Of a stretch of DNA of 64,000 bases, positions 10,095-21,929 are shown piece by piece (position 1 is the first letter of the stretch; every line of letters begins with the position of its first letter). Origin of the DNA: Candidatus Oxydemutatoraceae bacterium. Lineage in GTDB: Bacteria; Pseudomonadota; Gammaproteobacteria; Poriferisulfidales; Oxydemutatoraceae. The stretch lies in contig OZ244779.1 in NCBI GenBank assembly GCA_965219575.1, positions 684,769 to 748,768 on the forward strand, in the 5' to 3' direction. The notes under the pieces are model-generated. The model was not told the DNA's origin. It made no database searches and saw only the letters and a program-made list of their open reading frames with translations. Made by a program: the position numbers and the translations under genes.

Positions 10095-11240
10095 TCAATT
10101 TTCGTATGAAACGGTCTTGTAGTCAAAAAGAATCACTTTTTTATTGGGAAATATCTCCCTAGATCTTTCATCATCTCGGTCTTTATCCTTCTCACAGCTA
10201 GAAATATAGATATCGGATATTTCACTTTTATTAATCCCTTCATGTATATGCCTATCATTTTCGCTAAGAGAACTGCCAAAAATCATTAAGTGCCCGGTTA
10301 AAGCCGACAATTCCTCAAAACATTTTTTTAAATATACATTTTCTTTAATATCTTTTATTTTAGCTTCACTAGTGCCGGCAAACACGCATATTATATCCAT
10401 TTCTTCACTATCAATAATTTCCTCTAATCTTTCATACAAAGCCTTATCTTGACTTTGTGTTATTTTCTCTACCAGTTGTTTATTCTTGTATATATGAAAA
10501 GCTCCATGTAAGAAAAAAAGATTCTGCATCGCTAGTATTTTTGGTTTAAATTCATTACCTAAAAATCCATCATTAACATGTAAGCCTGAATATTCTTTAT
10601 TTTTGTTTAATACAATATTAATAGCTTCTTTAATAGCTCGGCTATTCTGACCTCGACCCTTGAAGTACTCTTTAGCTAACTCTTCATATAGAGCTTTTCT
10701 ACATTTATCTACATCTCTTTGGATTTTACCGTTTTCAACTGTGAGTGAAAAATTTCCCTTTTCATGAATTTTCTCTACTTCATTATAGAGGTCATTGTGA
10801 GTTTTATTTAAGTCTTCCGCTTGGAAAAGAGAAGTCTGTTTGGATGCGATAACATCACTGTTATCATCTTTCTTATATTTCATCAAAAGAAGGTACAAAA
10901 AAGGATCATAGTTGAGGGTAAAGTAGTTAGTAAAATTTTTTAGTAAGACATGTATTCCGCTATTTTTGCAAGGATATACCTCTTTTATTTGTTTTTTAGC
11001 AAGGTCAAACGCCGCATGCATAAAATCTCTCTTGATTTTTCTTTCAATATATTGCGGTAAAAAATCGTCATCCAAAACTTTATTTTTTAAGTATTCAATC
11101 AAAGCCTCAATACTATGACCTCGTTGTTCAAAATTAGCCTCTACTTTTCTATAGTCAGGATATTTCTCCTTCATTTTCTCAAAAATACTTTGATAACTGG
11201 TTTCAATACCCAAGGAATTATTAAAACCATTGCCTAGCAA
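10095..11240 (-). CDS. DUF4917-like / SIR2-like protein (frame open upstream to ~11321)
   Basis: HLLLGNGF, FTLNYD, FFLHGAFH, IFGSSLSENDRHI motif series; AT-rich. Confidence 0.65.
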   Translation of the reverse strand: MLGNGFNNSLGIETSYQSIFEKMKEKYPDYRKVEANFEQRGHSIEALIEYLKNKVLDDDFLPQYIERKIKRDFMHAAFDLAKKQIKEVYPCKNSGIHVLLKNFTNYFTLNYDPFLYLLLMKYKKDDNSDVIASKQTSLFQAEDLNKTHNDLYNEVEKIHEKGNFSLTVENGKIQRDVDKCRKALYEELAKEYFKGRGQNSRAIKEAINIVLNKNKEYSGLHVNDGFLGNEFKPKILAMQNLFFLHGAFHIYKNKQLVEKITQSQDKALYERLEEIIDSEEMDIICVFAGTSEAKIKDIKENVYLKKCFEELSALTGHLMIFGSSLSENDRHIHEGINKSEISDIYISSCEKDKDRDDERSREIFPNKKVILFDYKTVSYEN

Positions 11241-11317
11241 TAAATGATTAGAAGAATTACTGCCTAACTGTTTCAGAATTTCTTTATAAGTTTTTAAGTG
11301 TACTTCTTTTTTAATGA

Positions 11318-12784
11318 TCAGAAACCTCCTACCCTAACTTGGCCATTCATCAGTTTCGGAAGAAGCGCATCTCGTGTAGCATCGAGCGCGCGAAGCTGTA
11401 AAGTATTATTTTTAAGTTTAAGGGTTATATCTTCACACTGCTTGCTAAATTTTTCCAGTATTATCGGAGGAGGGATATATATTGGATATTCCTCTAGACT
11501 TGTTGCTTGGGCTCTTTGCCTTCCACTTGTTCCAATCATCGTGCCGATTGCGTAGTTACGGAAAATGTTATTTTTTGCAATAACATAAGATAAAAGCGGT
11601 GGCAAATTAGGTTTTGAACGCATAATAATATACTCGGTTGACCCCCATCCTGTTTCGTTTTCTTTTAAGAAGTCTACAAAACATGCTTTACCATTTTCTA
11701 AGCATGGCGTGATTCTTGCAAAAAGTGTATCTCCATTTTGAAACCGCATTCCGGACTTAAAAGCTCGGTTACACCAATTTAATGGAGTATGAGAATTTAC
11801 GTCAATATTACTCATTTCAAGATAGGGTGCTAAGGTCCCCTTTTTCAGGTTATATTTAGGATTAATATCCATAATTTCAACTAATTTTTTCTTTTCCCAT
11901 GTATCGTCTGCATCGTCGATAAACCATTTTTGAAATAGGATTTGTGCCATGTTCTCCAGAGTTTTGTTTTGTCGGTGTAAAAGATCTATTTTGTCGTCAA
12001 GGCTACTCAAAACTTCGGCGATGGCTTTTTGTTCGGGAAGAGAGGGAATGTAAAATGGTATAGATGTTAAGGAGGCTTTAGATAACTCACCAAAAGTTGT
12101 TCCACTTGAATGTGCTTTAAGATAATCAACATTGTGTTTCAACAGATAATATAAAAATAAATTATCAATATGTCTGTTTGCAATTAATCCCTTAAATCCC
12201 TGATTGACAGCAATCTCATCTCTAGCAATTGCCAAGTAACCAACTGGTGCTCTAGTAGTTAAAAGCACCGCTCCTACGGGAAGTAATTTTGCATTTGAAT
12301 TTTGTAATCCTAATTTGGATATGTTTCTCTCACCTTTAGCTATATATCTACACTTAAAATCAGATAAATCTCTGGGTGTTAACCAAGGAATGTCACCATT
12401 CCAATATTTAGGTTCTTTGGTACTGGGTGTTCCTCCGCCTATTATTTCTACAACATCTCCCAATTTAACTTCACGCCACCCTCTCCGATAGATCGTTTTG
12501 CCTTTGACCTTGATTTGGTTTTTCAGTTCGATGGAGGTGATGGCGTTGTAGGCGATGACATCAAAAAAGAAAGGCAGATAGGTTTCTTCTTCTAAATGGA
12601 ATTTTAGTTTTGCGGCAAGGGATTCGTTGGTTTTTTCTCCTTTGATGGCAATATCTACATCCGAGGCTTCTTTATAAGCACCATCAGCTCGTGAACCGTA
12701 AATAACCGCTGCTTCTATTTGAGGATATGAACCGATGATATTACAGATCTCCGCTAGTTGTTCTTCGGACAAACCGTATTTCAT
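11318..12784 (-). CDS. hsdS: Type I R-M specificity subunit with N-terminal minimal nucleotidyltransferase (MNT) domain
   Basis: aa 1-100 YGSRADG...SDVDIAI (MNT); then WREVKLGD, GGGTPST, PSLPEQKAIAEVLSSLDDKI, RDALLPKLMNG. Confidence 0.9.
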   Translation of the reverse strand: MKYGLSEEQLAEICNIIGSYPQIEAAVIYGSRADGAYKEASDVDIAIKGEKTNESLAAKLKFHLEEETYLPFFFDVIAYNAITSIELKNQIKVKGKTIYRRGWREVKLGDVVEIIGGGTPSTKEPKYWNGDIPWLTPRDLSDFKCRYIAKGERNISKLGLQNSNAKLLPVGAVLLTTRAPVGYLAIARDEIAVNQGFKGLIANRHIDNLFLYYLLKHNVDYLKAHSSGTTFGELSKASLTSIPFYIPSLPEQKAIAEVLSSLDDKIDLLHRQNKTLENMAQILFQKWFIDDADDTWEKKKLVEIMDINPKYNLKKGTLAPYLEMSNIDVNSHTPLNWCNRAFKSGMRFQNGDTLFARITPCLENGKACFVDFLKENETGWGSTEYIIMRSKPNLPPLLSYVIAKNNIFRNYAIGTMIGTSGRQRAQATSLEEYPIYIPPPIILEKFSKQCEDITLKLKNNTLQLRALDATRDALLPKLMNGQVRVGGF

Positions 12785-13188
12785 AGTTCTTTTTTCAATT
12801 GAAAATACAGATCCCGAACAATAGGATAAAAGGTCTCGGTAATAAATTGAATGACTTCTCGCAAAGTATCCTCATGATAGGTATGAACCGTTTTATTTCT
12901 TTGGGCGATTGATTCCATCCATGGTTCTATATTGAATATCAGTTCGTTTTGAAATGCATTTCTGAATACATTCTTGGTGCTATTGTTCACATCCACGCCT
13001 TCGTTTTGTAAATAATCTTTGAGTACTTTCCAGCTGAGTTCATACACAAATTCAAAAGATTTTATCAATGCTATTTGGTAACCTTCGTCGTTAGGATATT
13101 GCTCGTATTGATTTATCCGTCTCTGCAAAGCCTCAAAGGCTTTTTCAAAATTTTGAAAACGTTGTTTCCATCTCAAATCATCATCCAT
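12781..13188 (-). CDS. HEPN-fold nucleotidyltransferase substrate-binding protein (HI0074-like)
   Basis: RWKQRFQNF...LIKSFEFVYELSWK...RNKTVHTY (Rx4H). Confidence 0.88.
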   Translation of the reverse strand: MDDDLRWKQRFQNFEKAFEALQRRINQYEQYPNDEGYQIALIKSFEFVYELSWKVLKDYLQNEGVDVNNSTKNVFRNAFQNELIFNIEPWMESIAQRNKTVHTYHEDTLREVIQFITETFYPIVRDLYFQLKKEL

Positions 13189-13212
13189 GATTCCCCTCTT
13201 GACGGTTTCGGT

Positions 13213-14769
13213 TTATTTCTCATATTCAATTTTGTTTAAGTTCTCTAAAATCCGTTTGCTCAATCCAGCCTCTGCTCTCACCTGTGTTTCAAACTCTACT
13301 TTTAGTTCTGAAAAACGCTCGGCAAAGTCATGGTCGTCCTCTGTTTCTACGGTGCCTACATAACGTCCCGGGCTCAGCACATAATCCAATTCTTTTACTC
13401 TCTCAATCGCTACCGATGCACAAAAGCCCGGAACATCTTTGTATTGACCGTCCGTTTTCCTCCATTGGTGGTAGGTGTCGGAAACCTTGCCGATGTCTTC
13501 ATCGGAAAATTCTCGGGTACGTCTGTTTATTAAATATCCCAAGTGCTGTGCGTCAATGAATAGCATTTCTCCGCTACGACTTCTGTCGCCGTTAAAGCCG
13601 TATCGTTTATTGGATATGAACCAGAGGCACGCAGGAATCTGTGTATTGAGGAATAATTTTGTCGGCAGGTTGACGATGCAGTCTACAAAACTGCCGTCGA
13701 TTAAGTTTTTTCGGATGACATCCTCGCCGGAAGTTTTAGAAGTTAGCGAGCCTTTGGACAAAACAAAGCCTGCCACACCTTTAGGGCTTAGGTGATATAA
13801 GAAGTGTTGCACCCATGCAAAGTTAGCATTGCTCGCCGGCGGCGTGCCGTATTTCCAACGCGGGTCGTCTCGTAGTAGGTCGCCGCTCCAGTCGCTATCG
13901 TTAAACGGTGGATTGGCAAGTATAAAGTCGGCTTTCAAATCGGGGTAGGCATCTTTCAAAAATGAACCTTCGTTGTTCCATTGCACCTGTGAACCGTCAA
14001 TGTTCCGAATTGCCAGATTCATTCGGCATAATCTATAGGTTGTTTGATTACTCTCTTGTCCGTAAATAGAAATGTCTTTGATTAGCCCGCTATGCTCTTC
14101 AACAAATTTTTCGCTCATCACAAACATACCGCCGCTACCACAGCAAGGATCAAAAACTCTGCCGTGATAAGGTTCTATCATCTCAACCAAGAGCTTCACA
14201 ATGGATTTAGGCGTATAGAATTGACCGCCCTTTTTGCCTTCCGCTAAAGCAAACTCTCCCAAAAAATACTCATAGACTTTGCCTAGAATGTCCCTCGACT
14301 GCTCGGCTGCTTCACCTAAAGCAATATCGCTGATTAAATCAATCAGACCGCCTAGGGTGGTCCTGTCAAGGTTCGGTTTTGCATAGACCTTAGGTAAAAT
14401 ACCCTTGAGGTTGGGACTCTCCTTTTCTATCTTTTCCATTGCCGAGTCTAAATCTTTGCCGATATTCGATAGCTTGGCACGATCTTTCAAGTACGACCAG
14501 CGAGCCTCTTCAGGAACCCAAAAGGTATTCCTAGATGCGTATTCATCGGGATCTTCGGGGTCGGGTGGAAATTCCACTTTGGTTTCTTTTAATTTGCGGT
14601 TTAATTCGCGATGTTGTGTCTCGAAAGAATCCGATATGTATCTGAGAAATATCAAGCCGAGTACTATATGTTTGTATTCCGCCGCGTCAATGTTTTTGCG
14701 TAGCTTATCGGCTACTTTGAATAATTGCGCCTCTATATTTTCAACTTTTTTTGTATTGTTTTTTGCCAT
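13213..14769 (-). CDS. hsdM: Type I R-M methyltransferase subunit
   Basis: GQFYTP, FDPCCGSGGMF, ILANPPFN. Confidence 0.96.
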   Translation of the reverse strand: MAKNNTKKVENIEAQLFKVADKLRKNIDAAEYKHIVLGLIFLRYISDSFETQHRELNRKLKETKVEFPPDPEDPDEYASRNTFWVPEEARWSYLKDRAKLSNIGKDLDSAMEKIEKESPNLKGILPKVYAKPNLDRTTLGGLIDLISDIALGEAAEQSRDILGKVYEYFLGEFALAEGKKGGQFYTPKSIVKLLVEMIEPYHGRVFDPCCGSGGMFVMSEKFVEEHSGLIKDISIYGQESNQTTYRLCRMNLAIRNIDGSQVQWNNEGSFLKDAYPDLKADFILANPPFNDSDWSGDLLRDDPRWKYGTPPASNANFAWVQHFLYHLSPKGVAGFVLSKGSLTSKTSGEDVIRKNLIDGSFVDCIVNLPTKLFLNTQIPACLWFISNKRYGFNGDRSRSGEMLFIDAQHLGYLINRRTREFSDEDIGKVSDTYHQWRKTDGQYKDVPGFCASVAIERVKELDYVLSPGRYVGTVETEDDHDFAERFSELKVEFETQVRAEAGLSKRILENLNKIEYEK

Positions 14770-15018
14770 CGCCGTAGTTTATGAATGATTAAAGGGATTA
14801 TTATGCAACATATTCGGGCGGTGTCATACAACCCTAATTTTAGCAGTGCCAGAGAACTGTAATCAAGGAACGAATAAAGAGGCAGTAGCTAGGAAATATT
14901 GAGGCGCAGGGTGGTTGAGTTGGTGCAAAAGCGACGTGCCGGTTTACATATGTCCGGGGCACGTGGCGGTTGATAAAACCACCCCATGGAAAGGCCTTAC
15001 ATTTTGTAATATGTACTA

Positions 15019-15131
15019 AGATTCTGCACGACTTTACGCCGATTAACCTACTGGCTTAATCGGCCGGTTCTATTGCGCCTGTCACCCTCCAGAGGAGGGG
15101 AATGGACCAACACTATATTTGTGCAGAACCT
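15019..15131. repeat. Composite: family C hairpin plus half of family B, bounded by AG(A/G)TTCTGCAC / GTGCAGAACCT
   Basis: GCCGATTAACCTACTGGCTTAATCGGC; similar start at 63874. Confidence 0.6.
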
Positions 15132-15133
15132 CG

Positions 15134-15342
15134 GGGGCTGTTGAAAAAGTGCGGCATCGTACGAATCCAATCACTTGCGCCATTTGGTTTTGGTTTCCAT
15201 AAATTGAATGGATGAATGTATAAATCGTGTAGGCACAACGCGTTACGGGCGGACATGTTAGTCCGCCCCTACGGGTGGTTTGCAAATATTCACAGCGCAA
15301 GCGGTTGCAGTTGTGCAAAAACAGTAATTTTTCAACAGCCCC
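15134..15342. mobile_element. MITE-like element family A (single REP form)
   Basis: GGGGCTGTTGAAAAA...TTTTTCAACAGCCCC; shared internal modules. Confidence 0.8.
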
Positions 15343-15348
15343 CCTCGG

Positions 15349-15396
15349 CAACCACCCCGTCAGGCGGAGCCTGCCACCCCTCCATAGGAGGGGAAT
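15349..15396 (+). repeat. Double-hairpin repeat family B
   Basis: CAACCACCCCGTCAGGCGGAGCCTGCCACCCCTCCATAGGAGGGGAAT. Confidence 0.8.
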
Positions 15397-15500
15397 AGTT
15401 CGCTCCTACATATGTAGTTTATGTTGTGGTTCCCACAGTATCGCGCCGTTTGTTGCAACGGCAACAAACGGCGGTTCTACTTTAGTTTGGCGGACTACGA

Positions 15501-17672
<2,172 letters not shown>

Positions 17673-17748
17673 CTATCGTTCATATAGTACATGTTTGCTG
17701 TAGTGAAATTGATAGATATTTTAGCGATGTTTGTTTCATATATCTACT

Positions 17749-17763
17749 TGATTATTATAATCA
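17749..17763. promoter_or_regulatory. Fur/PerR-family-like 7-1-7 operator upstream of katG
   Basis: Perfect palindrome TGATTAT-T-ATAATCA ~90 bp upstream of katG; one mismatch per arm to the Fur 7-1-7 consensus. Confidence 0.45.
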
Positions 17764-17904
17764 TACTAATAGATTTTTTTAAGTCCGTGATTTCCTGTGC
17801 AAACGCAACGTCAATAGCATGAAAACTAACTTTGCAGGTGGTTCTAAAAATAGCCGAATGTCAAAAGGATAACGAAAAATTGCTTTGAATATGTTGCGAA
17901 AAGG

Positions 17905-18540
17905 TTATGAAGTTTCGACGATTTCCGAAGGGACCGGTTTATCCGCTAACGAGATCAAACGGCTGGAGCGTAGAATTGTTGATTGACCTACTGGTTGTTG
18001 CGGTAGGTCAATCGGCAGTTTATTGGAGGGGTCCTCCAGAAAAACTTTGCTACGGACGCGAATAGCCGGGTTCACGGTAGGTCTCAAAAAAATACCGATG
18101 CCTCGAGAAGGCGGGGAGGAAAGATTTTCACTACTAATACCAGCAATGCTAATCACTATATTTTTGGTTGTGTTGGGATTCTTCAATTTTAATTCTAAGG
18201 TTGCTCTTGTCCCTTCACCCAAGCAGAATTGGTATAAGCGGGTTCCAGTTCTACGCACATTAAAAAAGTCGGTGGAGCATTGAAGATTAGATAAAGGTTC
18301 GAAACTCCTGATGTCATCATCATCATTGATACCGTTAATTGAAATCAACGGCACTATTCGTTGGACTCCTGTAAGTGTGCTACCAAAGGTAACATCAAAC
18401 CGTATTGTAAGACCATTCTGTTGAAGGTTCGCTAGGTTGAGCTCAAAGGATTGTGCAGAAGCGACATTTGCAAAGCAGGTCAGCAATAGGCACAAACCGA
18501 TATGGAGCGAGGTGCGTTTCAAGTATTTAATTAGGTACAT
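17905..18540 (-). CDS. Hypothetical exported protein
   Basis: Signal-peptide-like N-terminus (...CFANVASA|Q), beta-rich body; tail may be frameshifted near 18035. Confidence 0.6.
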   Translation of the reverse strand: MYLIKYLKRTSLHIGLCLLLTCFANVASAQSFELNLANLQQNGLTIRFDVTFGSTLTGVQRIVPLISINGINDDDDIRSFEPLSNLQCSTDFFNVRRTGTRLYQFCLGEGTRATLELKLKNPNTTKNIVISIAGISSENLSSPPSRGIGIFLRPTVNPAIRVRSKVFLEDPSNKLPIDLPQQPVGQSTILRSSRLISLADKPVPSEIVETS

Positions 18541-18580
18541 ATCGTTGATAGAATTTTGTTCTACCCATTATTATACTTCA

Positions 18581-19147
18581 TCATATGAGAACTACTTTTG
18601 TTAGTAGAAGGTAGCATACCTGCGAAGTCTTCCCGATATGTACTATGTTCCAGCCTCTCCATGTTTCGGGAGTTTTCGGTCTCTCGGATATCGGTATTTC
18701 CACATAGAGCAGTACCTCGCTATTGAGTATCGGATGTTCTAAGAACAGATCGGCAAGTGTGGAAGCCAGCTTGGAGTTGAAGGGCGGATCTATAAAGACG
18801 ATGTCAAAACTATCTCGGTTATCGGCGATGAATTCGGTTGCCTCTCGATGCACAATGCGAATGTTGTTGGCGTTAAAGATTCGGGCTTGTTCCTTGAGTT
18901 GTTTGCAAACGCGTGCGTTGTTGTCCACTAAAACTGCGTGGGCTGCTCCTCTGGATAATGCTTCAAAGCCGAGTGCGCCGCTACCGGCAAACAAGTCTAG
19001 GCATTTCGCCCCGACAATAGACGGGGACAACCAGTTGAATAGTGTTTCTCGGACGCGGTCGGGGGTCGGGCGTAGCGATTTCAAGTTCGGAAATTCTATG
19101 TTTCTACTGCGCCATTGTCCGGCAATGATGCGCACTTTGGGCGACAC
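18581..19147 (-). CDS. rsmD: 16S rRNA m2G966 methyltransferase
   Basis: VRIIAGQWR, LRPTPDRVRETLFNWL, LDLFAGSGALG, FIDPPF. Confidence 0.96.
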   Translation of the reverse strand: MSPKVRIIAGQWRSRNIEFPNLKSLRPTPDRVRETLFNWLSPSIVGAKCLDLFAGSGALGFEALSRGAAHAVLVDNNARVCKQLKEQARIFNANNIRIVHREATEFIADNRDSFDIVFIDPPFNSKLASTLADLFLEHPILNSEVLLYVEIPISERPKTPETWRGWNIVHIGKTSQVCYLLLTKVVLI

Positions 19148-19148
19148 C

Positions 19149-20462
19149 TTATCCCCCGACGATGATCGCTACCATTTTGTCCGTGTCTATATGTTTCTTA
19201 AAAGCTGTGATGATTTGTTCTCGATTTATCTGCTCGGTTTTGTCGGTAAAGGTGCGGGTATAGTCGAGTGCGAGTTTCTCTACGATAATGCGCCTGACCC
19301 AGCTGGAGATTTGCGCGTTACTGGCAACGCGTAGCGGGAAACTGCCTTTGATGTGTTGCTTGCTGAGCTGCAATTCGTCGGCATCGGGCCCGTTTTCAAT
19401 ATATTCGGCAATCAATCGCTGCGCCAGCGTGAGCGCGTCGTCGGCTTGATCGATGCGGGTTTGAAAACCGACGATAAAGGGGCCTCGCATTCGCTGCGGC
19501 ACGAAATAACTCCATGCGCTGTAGGCGTATCCGCGCTTAACGCGTACCTCTTCTAAAAGTCTGGAACCGAAACCACTACCCCCCAAGATATGGTTGCCGA
19601 CATAAAGCGGGAAATAATCTTCATCCTTAAAACCGATTGCAAGTTGTGCAACATAAACATGTGCTTGCTTTGAATCGAAAGGGATGCGTATTTCATCGCC
19701 TAAGGATGCCTGCACGGCAAGCGGTATCGGTGGCGGTTTAGAACCTGCCGAGAACTTTTTGCTCAGTTCGTCGGCGAGTTGTTCGGCCTGCTGCGGATCG
19801 ATGTCGCCGACGATAGACAACTGCATGTTGCGCGCCACAAAGTATTTTTGATAGAAGGCTTGCACATCGGCGCGTGTAATTGCCGAGACGGTCTCTTCCA
19901 GACCGATGCGTGGGTGTCCGTACGGATGATCACCGTAGAGTGCTCGGTAGAGTGCGATTGATGCGACTGCACCGGGTTCTTGGTCTTGCTTGCGTATTGC
20001 CGTGAGCGTACGCGTTTTAGTTTGCTCGAGCATTTGTTCGTCAAAGTCGGGTGACGACACGACGGTTGTCAATAGTTCGGTGGATTTTCGTAATTGCTCG
20101 GTTAGGGTTCTAAGCCTGATACTCGTGTTATCTCTGCCGGTTTCGGTACCGTATTCGGCCCCGATACTATCAAACGCGGTGCTGATTTGATCGGCATTCA
20201 TGCCGCCGGCCCCGTAAGCCAATAGTTCGGTGACCAAATGCGCCAAGCCATAGAGTTTGCCGTCTCGTGCGCTACCGGCGTCAAAAATGAGTTCTATATC
20301 CACCATAGGCAATTCGCTTTGATACACATGATAGACTTGCACGCCGTTGTCGGTAGTCCAACGCTCGATCTCAAAATTGGCATGCGCCGAACCACCCCAT
20401 GCGATAACGCAAAACATAAAGAGTGATGGCAAAAATCGCAAGTTGTATATAACGCTGATCAT
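19149..20462 (-). CDS. M16 family peptidase, non-catalytic-like subunit
   Basis: FDAGSARD..GLAHL, HPYG, GGSGFGSRL...RGYAY; lacks HxxEH. Confidence 0.88.
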   Translation of the reverse strand: MISVIYNLRFLPSLFMFCVIAWGGSAHANFEIERWTTDNGVQVYHVYQSELPMVDIELIFDAGSARDGKLYGLAHLVTELLAYGAGGMNADQISTAFDSIGAEYGTETGRDNTSIRLRTLTEQLRKSTELLTTVVSSPDFDEQMLEQTKTRTLTAIRKQDQEPGAVASIALYRALYGDHPYGHPRIGLEETVSAITRADVQAFYQKYFVARNMQLSIVGDIDPQQAEQLADELSKKFSAGSKPPPIPLAVQASLGDEIRIPFDSKQAHVYVAQLAIGFKDEDYFPLYVGNHILGGSGFGSRLLEEVRVKRGYAYSAWSYFVPQRMRGPFIVGFQTRIDQADDALTLAQRLIAEYIENGPDADELQLSKQHIKGSFPLRVASNAQISSWVRRIIVEKLALDYTRTFTDKTEQINREQIITAFKKHIDTDKMVAIIVGG

Positions 20463-21874
20463 TGTATGATAGTGACTTCGCTCTGCATCGGCAAGGGTTT
20501 AAGCTCCGCCACGGTGCGTTTGGACTCGACTAGATATTCAACGGCAACTTGCCTAACTTGTTCTGCGGTCACAGCTTGTATATGCTGCGGAAAGCGAAAG
20601 TGCTCCTGCCATCCGACACCGATGGTCTCCAGACGTCCTAACGAGGATGCCTGGCTTTGTATAGAGTCTTGCTGATATATTTTGTAAGCGAGCAGTTGAG
20701 TTTTAATTTTTTGTAATTCGTCGTCGCTTATGACTTCTGTTTTAAGTTGCTGTAGTTCGTCTTCAATAGCCTGCTCGAGTTGTGCCACATCGCTATCGGT
20801 GTTGGGTGCGGCGAATATCACGAATAGATCTTGATAGCGGTTATATACACCGTAGTAGGCATTCGCGTAGAATGCGATACCTTTTCCTCGGACCAAGTTT
20901 TTGGAAAATCTGGAACTGTCGTTGCCTGCCAATACCGCCGCCAATACCGATAACGCATAAGGATGCCATGCTTCCTTTGTATGTCCGAGGTGAGGTGCTT
21001 TATACGCGATTGCGAGTGCCGGCTGGATTGCGGGTATCGATAGCGTAATGCGTTTCTCACCTTGCTGCGGTGTCTCCTCGCGCGCTTTTCTATCGGGTAG
21101 CGGGCGTGGTTCAATGTCTCCGAAATAGCGTTGCGCCAGCGCATAGACTTCGTTCGCTTCTACATCGCCGACGACAACGAAGGTCGCATTGTTGGGCGCA
21201 TACCAGCGGTCGTACCAATCCGATAAATCTTGTAGCTTGAGGTTGACCAAATCGTTGTCCCAACCGATGATCGGTTGGCGGTAGGGTGCGGCATCGAACG
21301 CCGACATATAGAGTTGTTCGTAGAGCCGAGACTCGGGGTCATCGTCGACTCGCCACCGTCTTTCCTCTCTGACGACTTCGCGTTCTTTTTCAAAGTCGTC
21401 TTGTTTTAATTGTAAATTGATCATGCGGTCGGATTCCAAGTCAAAACTTTTTTCCAAATAACTCTTTTCGAATAGCTGATAATAGGCGGTGTAATCGCGG
21501 CTCGTGAAAGCATTATCTCGTCCGCCGTGTTTTTTGATAGTTTCGGTGAACGCTTGGCGCGGATATTTATCGGTACCCTTGAACATCATGTGTTCCAAGA
21601 AATGAGAGATGCCCGTTATCCCACCGTATTCGTCGGCAGAACCGATGCGATACCAGATCTGAGAAATGACCACCGGTGCTCGGTGATCCTCTTTCACCAG
21701 TAGCTTCAAGCCGTTATCCAAATTAAACTCGTGTACGCCGTAAGCGGTGAGTGCGGAAGATGCAGGGTCTTGCTCAGGGGGGCTTTGCTGTTGCGCCCCT
21801 GCATAAGCCGGCAATAGTGATACCGATAGTGATATAGCGGTGTATAGCAGAATTTTTGGATTAAAAAACATCAT
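20459..21874 (-). CDS. M16 family zinc peptidase
   Basis: GISHFLEHMMFKGT (HxxEH), NAFTSRDYT. Confidence 0.92.
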   Translation of the reverse strand: MMFFNPKILLYTAISLSVSLLPAYAGAQQQSPPEQDPASSALTAYGVHEFNLDNGLKLLVKEDHRAPVVISQIWYRIGSADEYGGITGISHFLEHMMFKGTDKYPRQAFTETIKKHGGRDNAFTSRDYTAYYQLFEKSYLEKSFDLESDRMINLQLKQDDFEKEREVVREERRWRVDDDPESRLYEQLYMSAFDAAPYRQPIIGWDNDLVNLKLQDLSDWYDRWYAPNNATFVVVGDVEANEVYALAQRYFGDIEPRPLPDRKAREETPQQGEKRITLSIPAIQPALAIAYKAPHLGHTKEAWHPYALSVLAAVLAGNDSSRFSKNLVRGKGIAFYANAYYGVYNRYQDLFVIFAAPNTDSDVAQLEQAIEDELQQLKTEVISDDELQKIKTQLLAYKIYQQDSIQSQASSLGRLETIGVGWQEHFRFPQHIQAVTAEQVRQVAVEYLVESKRTVAELKPLPMQSEVTIIQ

Positions 21875-21929
21875 GATTGATACAATACGACTTTACTTAT
21901 AGCGTAGTATAAAGCAAAAATGGCTAATT

